NCBI GenBank assembly: GCA_965230295.1
Contig: OZ246001.1
Span: 1,760,001-1,824,000, forward strand
DNA from: Marinicella sp.
GTDB lineage: Bacteria; Pseudomonadota; Gammaproteobacteria; Xanthomonadales; Marinicellaceae
Length of the DNA: 64,000 nucleotides
Direction of reading: 5' to 3'
The notes beneath the pieces were generated by a model. That model searched no databases. It was not told the origin of the DNA and saw only the letters and a program-made list of their open reading frames with translations. The translations under genes and the position numbers were made by a program. Shown here piece by piece: positions 56,503-64,000 of this stretch (positions are counted from its first letter, which is position 1; the number at the start of each line of letters is the position of its first letter).

Positions 56503-59062
56503 AAATCAAATCATTGTCAAGCTCAAGCGGCAGGGGCCAAACATAGGCACCGCGGGATCGGGTGAATACAGCCAAGGTGGTGGCACCTCGATCAATGGTC
56601 ATGTCCCATATCATCACTGAAGGCAAACCGTTGTCAAATCTGAACCATACTGGCTCATCCACATCCACATTTTCGGTATAGTATAAGCCCCAATCGGTGC
56701 CGGCAAAAACCATGCCGGGGACGTTTGGGTTCACCATCACACTGTCAACTGGAATGTTGGGTAAGTTACCTGACTTATTTTTCCATTCAAAACTGCTGCA
56801 ATCACTGTTACAACTGACTTCAAATAAGTGGCCGGGTGTGCTTGGGGTGTTTTGATCAAACCCTCCAACAGCGGCATAGCCTTTGGTGGCAATGGAACCA
56901 TCAGTGACGACATCTAAAACGGGTCTGTTAGGCAGCACAGTGTTGCCACCAGTCACATCCACCCAATTGGCCGAGTTGGCAGAACCCATGCCCATATCAA
57001 AGCCATAATAAACGTTGCCATCATTGGTTCCCACAATAGCCACAGTGGCATCAGAAATACCATAATGCATTTGATTGATGATGGATCGATTCCCCAACAC
57101 CCCTTTGGTTAAATCAGGGCTGTTGACGTACCAGGCAGAATTATTCAGCCCACCAGTGGTGGTCTCCCAGATTCGGTAAGTACCAGCCATCAATTGGTCA
57201 CATGATCCACCGGTACAATCGTGCTTGTTTAAATGGAAGGGGAAAATGAAGGGTACCCGGTTATCATTTGACCAAGGATTGGCAAAGGAGGAGTAACTGC
57301 CCAGGGGGCCATTGGTACTGATTCTCATGTTGCCGAATTGTGATTCAACATAAACCCGTTGTCCATTGATGGGTTCAATGGTTGCATAGATACCGTCACC
57401 ACCATTGACACGGGTCCATGGTTTGGCTTCAAAGGGTTCTGAGTTGGTGTCCCATAAGGCCACAGAAGAGCCGTTGTCCTGGGCACCGCCAACAGCCACC
57501 CGATCGGTGCTATTAACAAAATCTGCACTGATGTCACCAGAATAAAACTCAATGGTGTTGATGGTGTTGTTAAGTTGGGTATAAACAATGTCTCTTGCGT
57601 TGGCTTCGCTGGCATTGCTGGTGTAATACACACCGCCATCATTGCCCACCAACAATTGATTTGGGTCGCCTGCCACATAAGCGCGGGCATGGTGATCAAC
57701 ATGGACAAAATCGCCAGCATTGGGGCCACCGGCATAGCCACATGTGCTGTTGGTGAAGGTATCTCCACCATTACTGGACTTGAACAAATCCACTGCCGAT
57801 AAAAACAACTCATCTGAATTGGATGGAGAGACACTCATGCCCATGTCATACCAGGCTTGGGTGCCACTGTCGTCACAACCAATGAAGTCATTGGTATCGG
57901 CCACTTGTGTCCAGCTGGTACCACCATTGGTGGTTTTCCATACCCCTTTAACAGCTCGGGTACTGACATCTGCCACTTGTGCATACAACACTTCGTTGTC
58001 TGATGGAGCCATGGTCAAATCAATGCGACCTAAATCATTGGCAGGATAGGGTGTGCCTTCGCCGGTTCCAGCAGGCCAACCATTGGTGCTGGTTGTGACC
58101 AAGGTCCAAGTGGGGCAACCTGTGGCAGGGAAATCTGCTTTATAAATGCCATTGGCACCGTTTTGACTGAGGTCGGCTTGTACAGTGGTGTTGTGTCCTC
58201 GGGTTCCAATGGCAGCATAGATTTCTCCAGAGGCATTGACCTCCATCCCAGTGATGTCTTGACGCTGGGTATCAAATGAGTTGGTCAAACATGCCTCGGT
58301 CCAATCAGTGCCGTTGTTGAATGAAAAGAACAGTCCCGTTTTGGTGCCCACCACTATTTGAGTAGAATCTAACGGGTTGGTTCTTACCCGGCCAATGGCT
58401 TGGTATTGAGGAAACTCACCAACGGGTTGATCACGATAAGGGGCAAATTCCGCTTCACCCAGCACTTCCCATGTATTGCCTGCATCAACAGATCGCAACA
58501 ACCCGGCACTACCAAATGAGTAAGATCCATAGCGCAAGTCTCCAGTCCCGGCATAAATGATGTTTGGGTCATTGGGGTCAAGGTGCAAATCACCAATGGC
58601 AGCACCATTGACGCCAGTGGTGTCGGTGACATTGGCCCAGGTGGTTTGATCATCACAACAGTCTGTGGTTTTCCAAACACCACCACCATCAACACCAGCA
58701 TAGGCGATGGTTTCATCAGTGGGGTGACTGACGATCACATTAACCCGACCAGAGTAGGCTGTACCCGCTGGGTTGCCCAAAGGTTTTGGGCCCAGTGCGA
58801 TAAAAGCATTGGGATCAAGGCCTTTAAAGTTTGCTGCATTCCGGTTCATACGAGCCGGTTGTTTTTTGCGGTTTTTCTCGTGTGATACACGTGCTGAAAC
58901 CAACCACTCCTGGCTGTATTGGAAGGTTGGGTAACTGTATCTGGTGGCCCAATAATCACCCCTAACAGGTTTGTAATAATCTTCCATATCACTGTGGTCA
59001 TTATCACTGCTACAAGCTGCCATCAGTAAGCTGGCGCACATTAAACTAAAGATTTTTTTCAT
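56483..59062 (-). CDS. Lipoprotein with BNR/Asp-box (sortilin/xyloglucanase-like) beta-propellers and C-terminal DLIFADDFE tag
   Basis: Lipobox MAAC, SGRV, GGVWKT, SVDAGNTW, TTNGGTSW, HVDHH, GNDGGVY, GGAQDNG, GTDWG, TRSRGAY. Confidence 0.85.
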   Translation of the reverse strand: MKKIFSLMCASLLMAACSSDNDHSDMEDYYKPVRGDYWATRYSYPTFQYSQEWLVSARVSHEKNRKKQPARMNRNAANFKGLDPNAFIALGPKPLGNPAGTAYSGRVNVIVSHPTDETIAYAGVDGGGVWKTTDCCDDQTTWANVTDTTGVNGAAIGDLHLDPNDPNIIYAGTGDLRYGSYSFGSAGLLRSVDAGNTWEVLGEAEFAPYRDQPVGEFPQYQAIGRVRTNPLDSTQIVVGTKTGLFFSFNNGTDWTEACLTNSFDTQRQDITGMEVNASGEIYAAIGTRGHNTTVQADLSQNGANGIYKADFPATGCPTWTLVTTSTNGWPAGTGEGTPYPANDLGRIDLTMAPSDNEVLYAQVADVSTRAVKGVWKTTNGGTSWTQVADTNDFIGCDDSGTQAWYDMGMSVSPSNSDELFLSAVDLFKSSNGGDTFTNSTCGYAGGPNAGDFVHVDHHARAYVAGDPNQLLVGNDGGVYYTSNASEANARDIVYTQLNNTINTIEFYSGDISADFVNSTDRVAVGGAQDNGSSVALWDTNSEPFEAKPWTRVNGGDGIYATIEPINGQRVYVESQFGNMRISTNGPLGSYSSFANPWSNDNRVPFIFPFHLNKHDCTGGSCDQLMAGTYRIWETTTGGLNNSAWYVNSPDLTKGVLGNRSIINQMHYGISDATVAIVGTNDGNVYYGFDMGMGSANSANWVDVTGGNTVLPNRPVLDVVTDGSIATKGYAAVGGFDQNTPSTPGHLFEVSCNSDCSSFEWKNKSGNLPNIPVDSVMVNPNVPGMVFAGTDWGLYYTENVDVDEPVWFRFDNGLPSVMIWDMTIDRGATTLAVFTRSRGAYVWPLPLELDNDLIFADDFE

Positions 59063-60392
59063 GTTTGATCCTGGGAAAATGTTTGGCTATTAATTGGTCG
59101 TTGAGGGGTTTTTGCTTCATGGCCGATGCAATCAGGTTCATGGTTAAGTTAACCGCTCCGCGGTTTTTCTGTACCAAAGTTTTAGCGGCTTGACCCATCG
59201 CAATGCGGGCCTCTTCGTTTTCAATGAGGTATTCCATGCTGCGAATGATGTCATTGGCATCATGGACTGTCTGAGAGCCTCCACAGTCATTCAGCAGTTG
59301 TGTGATTTCAGTGAAGTTGTGCGTGTTTGGACCGACCAAAACAGGTAAGGAAAAAACCGCAGCTTCAAGCACATTGTGCCCACCAATGTTGGCAATCGAA
59401 CCACCCACAAAGGCAATGTCTGATGAGGCATAAAATTCCAGCATTTCCCCCATGGTATCAACCACAAACACATCTCCATCAATGTCACACAAACCGATTT
59501 CACTGCGCAATTGGGTGTTGAACCCTTTGTTACGACATGCCTGGGTGGTGCTCTGAAACCGTTCAGGGTGTCTTGGTACAATGACCAGCATCAGTTTGGG
59601 GTGTCTTTGTTTCAGTACCGCGTAGGCATCCAGGACTTCTATTTCATCGTCTTGATGGGTACTGGCAGCGATCCACACCAAACGACTGTTCTGGTAATGT
59701 TCCCGGATTTCCTCGCCTTTTTCAATGATGTGGTCTTCAATGATGATGTCAAACTTTAAACTGCCCACGACAAATATTTTTTCCGGGTAACAGCCCAGTT
59801 GTATCATTCTTTTGGCATCAGTGACGGTTTGTGCTGCCACATAAGCTGTGTCATTGAAGGCCTTGGCGGCCAGGGACTCCACCCAGCGATAGCCTTTCAT
59901 GGAAACTTCAGACAACCTGGCGTTGGCAACCACAATGGGGATGTCTTTCTTTTTACAAAAACGAAACAGGTTGGGCCAAATTTCCGTTTCCATGATGACG
60001 GCCAGGTCTGGTTTGGTTTTGCGCAAGAACCGCTTAACAGCACCTGGCAGGTCATAAGGTAAATATACATGAAATACCTGGTCGCCAAAAATTTGTTGTA
60101 CCCGATCAGAACCGGTGGGTGTGATGGTGGTTAACACAAATGAATGGTCTTGGTATTTTGCCATCAACGCTTTGATCAAAGGGATGGCCGCATTCACTTC
60201 ACCGACCGATACCGCATGAACCCAGATGGATTTGTTTTTGAACTTTGGTGATTTGAACCAACCAAATCGTTCATGCCAGCGCTGTAAATAGGCTTTGGTT
60301 TTGATGCCACGGGTGGCCAGTCTGATCAAGACCAACGGTGTCAATAAAGTGGTGACCAGCGAATAAAACCTTGAGCGCAATTCAAGTTTCAT
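59046..60392 (-). CDS. waaA: Kdo transferase
   Basis: WVHAVSVGE, ETEIWPN, AASTH, PRHPERF, GGHNVLE. Confidence 0.96.
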   Translation of the reverse strand: MKLELRSRFYSLVTTLLTPLVLIRLATRGIKTKAYLQRWHERFGWFKSPKFKNKSIWVHAVSVGEVNAAIPLIKALMAKYQDHSFVLTTITPTGSDRVQQIFGDQVFHVYLPYDLPGAVKRFLRKTKPDLAVIMETEIWPNLFRFCKKKDIPIVVANARLSEVSMKGYRWVESLAAKAFNDTAYVAAQTVTDAKRMIQLGCYPEKIFVVGSLKFDIIIEDHIIEKGEEIREHYQNSRLVWIAASTHQDDEIEVLDAYAVLKQRHPKLMLVIVPRHPERFQSTTQACRNKGFNTQLRSEIGLCDIDGDVFVVDTMGEMLEFYASSDIAFVGGSIANIGGHNVLEAAVFSLPVLVGPNTHNFTEITQLLNDCGGSQTVHDANDIIRSMEYLIENEEARIAMGQAAKTLVQKNRGAVNLTMNLIASAMKQKPLNDQLIAKHFPRIKHEKNL

Positions 60393-60946
60393 CGCAGTAC
60401 CTGTCCGTTACTTGCCAGTTTGATGGTTGAGGGTTGGGTTTGCTGGCCTAATGGGAGGTCGAGGTAGTAATCCACCTCATCACCCCAAGAGGTTTGTATT
60501 TGTTGGCAGTTTTCCGGTGTGACCTGGCCACTGATGTTGGCGCTGGTAGAGACCAAGGCATGATTCAACTGGTCGCACAGGGCTTTAACTGTGGGGTGGT
60601 TGCTGACCCGAACAGCCACACTGTCATGTGCACCAGTGATCCAACGTGGGGTCAATGCAGTGGCAGGAAATACCCAGGTTGCATGCCCAGGCCAAGTTTT
60701 TAAGGCCCTTGCCAAGTGGCCCCTTTCGGCTGGTTGAATTAAAGGCAAAACATGTTGAATGTGTGAGGCGATGAGAATCAGGCCTTTGCTGACAGGCCGC
60801 TGTTTGAGTTGTAAGACTTTATTAACCGCCATTTCGTTGCGGTAATCACAACCTATACCAAAAACACCTTCAGTGGGATAAACCAGCACACCGCCATGAT
60901 TCACGGTCGCTACAGCTTGCTTGATGGATTGACCTGTTTCAGACAT
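60389..60946 (-). CDS. tsaC: Threonylcarbamoyl-AMP synthase (YrdC/TsaC)
   Basis: YPTEGVFGIGC, LKQRP..KGLIL, AVRV, STSAN. Confidence 0.93.
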   Translation of the reverse strand: MSETGQSIKQAVATVNHGGVLVYPTEGVFGIGCDYRNEMAVNKVLQLKQRPVSKGLILIASHIQHVLPLIQPAERGHLARALKTWPGHATWVFPATALTPRWITGAHDSVAVRVSNHPTVKALCDQLNHALVSTSANISGQVTPENCQQIQTSWGDEVDYYLDLPLGQQTQPSTIKLASNGQVLR

Positions 60947-60948
60947 GG

Positions 60949-63357
60949 TTACTTTTTAGCAGTCTTTTTGGCGGCTTTCTTTTTGGTGGTTTTTTTCTTG
61001 GTTGTTTTCTTCTTAGTAACCTTTTTACTGGTTTTCTTCTTGGTTACTTTTTTCTTAGCAACTTTTTTCTTGCCACGTCTTTTCTTATCAGGTGCTTTGG
61101 CCAAAATTTGTATACATTCTTCATGGGTCAAAGCTTTTGGGTCTTGGTCTTTGAGGATTTTACCGTTCTTGTTGCCATCGGTAACATAAGGACCCCAGCG
61201 GCCATTGAGCACCTGTATGCCATCATCAAAAGTTTGGATGATTCTGTTGGCATCGGCAATTTTTTTCTCAGTAATCAACACCAATGCTTCTTCTAAAGTG
61301 ATGGTGTATGGGTCGCCGTCTTTGATGCTGACAAACTTATTGGCATACCTGACATAGGGACCAAATCGACCAATGTTGGCCGAAACTTTTTCACCTTCAG
61401 AGGTTTCGCCAAGATCGCGAGGCAAATCAAACAAAGCCAATGCCTCTTCAAAAGTGATGGTGTCTAGTTTTTGACCAGGCAGCAAGCCTGCAAATTGTGG
61501 TTTATCTTCATCATCACGGGTACCAATTTGGACGAAAGTACCGTATTTACCTATCCGAACTGACATGGGTTTGCCGGTTTTGGGGTCGGTGCCTAACTCT
61601 CGTTTGTATTGTGCTTCGTCTCTAGAAACCGTTTCCTCTTTTTCTTCAACCAACTTGATGAATGGTTCCCAAAACTGTTTCATCAGCGGTTTCCAGGTTT
61701 TTTCCCCGCGAGAAACGGCATCTAATGCGTCTTCCAATCGGGCAGTGAATTCATAGTCCACATAATCTTTGAAGTGAGCTTCTAAAAACCTGGCCACCAC
61801 TTTACCCACATCGGTGGGGATGAATCGTTTGCTTTCCAATTCAACATAGTCTCTGTTCAACAGGGTCGATATGATGCTGGCATAAGTTGAAGGTCGGCCG
61901 ATGCCAAACTCTTCCAAGGCTTTAACCAATGTGGCTTCTGAATAGCGTGGAGGTGGCTCGGTAAAGTGTTGAACGCCATTGATCTCTTTAACTTCAACCA
62001 CGTCACCTTTTTTGAGGTTGGGTAAATGTTTTTCTTTGTTGTCCTTCTTGACATCATCCATGCCTTCTTCATAGACGGTCAGGAAACCTTTGATTAAAAT
62101 GGTAGAACCTGAAGCCCTTAAGTTATGCCCGTCACCAAAGCTGAAATCTGCTGATACCGTACCTATGGTGGCATTGATCATTTGACTGGCCAAAGTTCTT
62201 TTCCAAATCAAATCGTATAAACGGTATTGGTCATGATCTAAAGATGATTTGATTTCTGCAGGTATCAATTGCGCAGAGACAGCTCGAATCGCCTCATGCG
62301 CCTCTTGTGCATTTTTAGATTTGCTTTTGTAATGGTTGGGTTTATCTGGCACTTGTTTGGCGCCGTATTTATTTTTGATCACGTCACGGATTTCTTCAAT
62401 CGCATCATTGGCCAGATTCAATGAGTCGGTACGCATGTAAGTGATTAAGCCTTGGCGTTGACCATTGATTTCCATGCCTTCATACAGTTGTTGCGCAATT
62501 TGCATGGTTTTGCGTGCGGTGAAACCGAGTTTCCGTGCGGCTTCTTGCTGCATGGTTGAGGTGATGAAGGCTGCAGCTGGCTTCCTTTTGCGTTCACGTT
62601 GGGTCAGCTCTGTCACAGTCAACTGTGTACCTGCTTGGGACCGCAGTGTTGTTAAAGCTTCATCGGCCAACTGTTGATTGTTGATGTCGAATTTCTTGAG
62701 TTTGTTACCGGCATATATGTTGAGATTAGATTCAAAGGCTTCTGTTCCTTTATTCATTTGGCCGTGAATGGTCCAATACTCCTCCTTAATAAAGGCCGCA
62801 ATTTCATCTTCGCGTTGAACAATCATACGCAAAGCAGGTGATTGGACGCGACCGGCTGATAATCCACGTCTGACCTTCTTCCACAACAAAGGAGATAAGT
62901 TAAAACCTACCAAATAATCCAAGGCCCGTCTGGCTTGTTGGGCATCAACCAATTCATCAGAGATTTCACGGGGGTTGGCCACCGCTTCTTGAATGGCTGA
63001 TTTGGTGATTTCTGAAAACACCACACGTTTGATGTCCTTGTCTTTAAGTAAATTTCTGGCCTTGAGGATTTCAACCACATGCCAGGATATGGCTTCTCCT
63101 TCACGGTCCAAGTCCGTTGCCAGATATATGGTGCTGGCTTTTTTTGCAGCTTTGACTATGGCATCGATGTGTTTTTTGTTCTTTTCGACATCAACATACT
63201 TCAGCTCAAAATCATTTTCCGGCACCACGGCTCCCGATTTGGCCAACAAATCTCGGACATGGCCATAAGAGGCCAGTACTTTGTGGCCTTTGCCGAGGTA
63301 TTTTTCTATGGTTTTTGCTTTTGCGGGTGATTCTACGATCAGTAAGTTTTCAGCCAT
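60949..63357 (-). CDS. topA: DNA topoisomerase I with non-zinc C-terminal repeats and Lys-rich tail
   Basis: IVESPAKAKT, DLDREGE, SAGRVQS, ITYMRTDS, GIGRPSTY, GRFGPYV-type repeats. Confidence 0.97.
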   Translation of the reverse strand: MAENLLIVESPAKAKTIEKYLGKGHKVLASYGHVRDLLAKSGAVVPENDFELKYVDVEKNKKHIDAIVKAAKKASTIYLATDLDREGEAISWHVVEILKARNLLKDKDIKRVVFSEITKSAIQEAVANPREISDELVDAQQARRALDYLVGFNLSPLLWKKVRRGLSAGRVQSPALRMIVQREDEIAAFIKEEYWTIHGQMNKGTEAFESNLNIYAGNKLKKFDINNQQLADEALTTLRSQAGTQLTVTELTQRERKRKPAAAFITSTMQQEAARKLGFTARKTMQIAQQLYEGMEINGQRQGLITYMRTDSLNLANDAIEEIRDVIKNKYGAKQVPDKPNHYKSKSKNAQEAHEAIRAVSAQLIPAEIKSSLDHDQYRLYDLIWKRTLASQMINATIGTVSADFSFGDGHNLRASGSTILIKGFLTVYEEGMDDVKKDNKEKHLPNLKKGDVVEVKEINGVQHFTEPPPRYSEATLVKALEEFGIGRPSTYASIISTLLNRDYVELESKRFIPTDVGKVVARFLEAHFKDYVDYEFTARLEDALDAVSRGEKTWKPLMKQFWEPFIKLVEEKEETVSRDEAQYKRELGTDPKTGKPMSVRIGKYGTFVQIGTRDDEDKPQFAGLLPGQKLDTITFEEALALFDLPRDLGETSEGEKVSANIGRFGPYVRYANKFVSIKDGDPYTITLEEALVLITEKKIADANRIIQTFDDGIQVLNGRWGPYVTDGNKNGKILKDQDPKALTHEECIQILAKAPDKKRRGKKKVAKKKVTKKKTSKKVTKKKTTKKKTTKKKAAKKTAKK

Positions 63358-63360
63358 GGT

Positions 63361-63837
63361 TTAATGTTCATGATCGACCGGTGGATCAAACATCAAACTT
63401 TCCATTGATGCAAAGGCTTGTTCCTCTTCCGGTTGTGAAAATAAAATTATCAAAGCCAGCCATTGTAAATCATCAACGTCGATGTTGTCAGCATTTAGAT
63501 TAAGCAAACCATTGATCAACAGTTCACGGGTGTTGGGCGTTAAAATACCTGAGGATTCTAAATATTGGATGAAGTTAATACCTTCTTCGTCTAACAATTC
63601 CAATTCGGTGGAAGTGTAATACCTGATGGCGTCAGGGGACTGTTCAATGGGTTGGTGGGTTTTGTCATTGATGCTCAGCAGCCAGTCAAAAGCATGGTCA
63701 ATGGTTGATTGTTCAAATCCAGCTTGTTCAAGTCCATAATATATGCTGTTTTTGGTGTACTGCTCTTGGAGGTTGGTTTGTTCGGACAAATAGTTTTCAA
63801 ACAAATAAACCAAGACGTCAATGATGTTTTCATTCAT
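63361..63837 (-). CDS. smg: Smg (DUF494) protein
   Basis: IIDVLVYLFENY, AGF...I..AFDWL, RELLI; dprA-smg-topA synteny. Confidence 0.92.
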   Translation of the reverse strand: MNENIIDVLVYLFENYLSEQTNLQEQYTKNSIYYGLEQAGFEQSTIDHAFDWLLSINDKTHQPIEQSPDAIRYYTSTELELLDEEGINFIQYLESSGILTPNTRELLINGLLNLNADNIDVDDLQWLALIILFSQPEEEQAFASMESLMFDPPVDHEH

Positions 63838-64000
63838 AGTTTTTGATACTTTGCACCCGGTAATTTTTCAACCAAACCCGATAACTCCATGATGAGCAAG
63901 TCAGATGCGACATCACCACTGGATAAATCGGTCAGTTCCACAATATCATCAAATGACATGGGATGAAAGTCTAAATGATCGAAAATGTGCTGTTGTGATT
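63834..64000 (-). CDS. dprA: DNA-processing protein DprA, C-terminal winged helix (partial)
   Basis: Manual translation ...HPMSFDDIVELTDLSSGDVASDLLIMELSGLVEKLPGAKYQKL*; ATGA overlap with smg. Confidence 0.88.
   Translation of the reverse strand, partial: SQQHIFDHLDFHPMSFDDIVELTDLSSGDVASDLLIMELSGLVEKLPGAKYQKL

Overview
A 64-kb chromosomal window from a marine gammaproteobacterium. Gene content and protein style suggest a Marinicella/Xanthomonadales-like lineage (inference). The backbone is ordinary housekeeping and envelope genes: gloA, dgkA, gcvPB, PBP1B plus a TPR lipoprotein, a DinG/YoaA helicase, polA, an M17 peptidase, and dprA-smg-topA-tsaC-waaA. It also carries signalling genes: a GGDEF/EAL protein, a hybrid His kinase, and a Ser/Thr kinase flanked by two output-less HAMP receptors. 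An AT-richer ~16-kb island (32160-47934) encodes seven sulfotransferase domains, several glycosyltransferases, an O-acyltransferase, an LTA-synthase-like enzyme and a methyltransferase. At its centre lies a single secreted 248-aa protein with its own terminator. Most interesting signal: three unrelated secreted proteins share a C-terminal D-L-I-[FY]-x-x-x-F-[EDQ] tag, and the 248-aa protein looks like a beta-sandwich lacking exactly that strand. This suggests an undescribed tag/scaffold (strand-complementation) surface-display system, possibly glycosylated or sulfated. Downstream of polA are a 104-bp tandem duplication, REP/MITE-like DNA, and a DARS-like cluster of DnaA boxes with an IHF site. 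No rRNA, tRNA, CRISPR array, transposase or phage gene was recognised.
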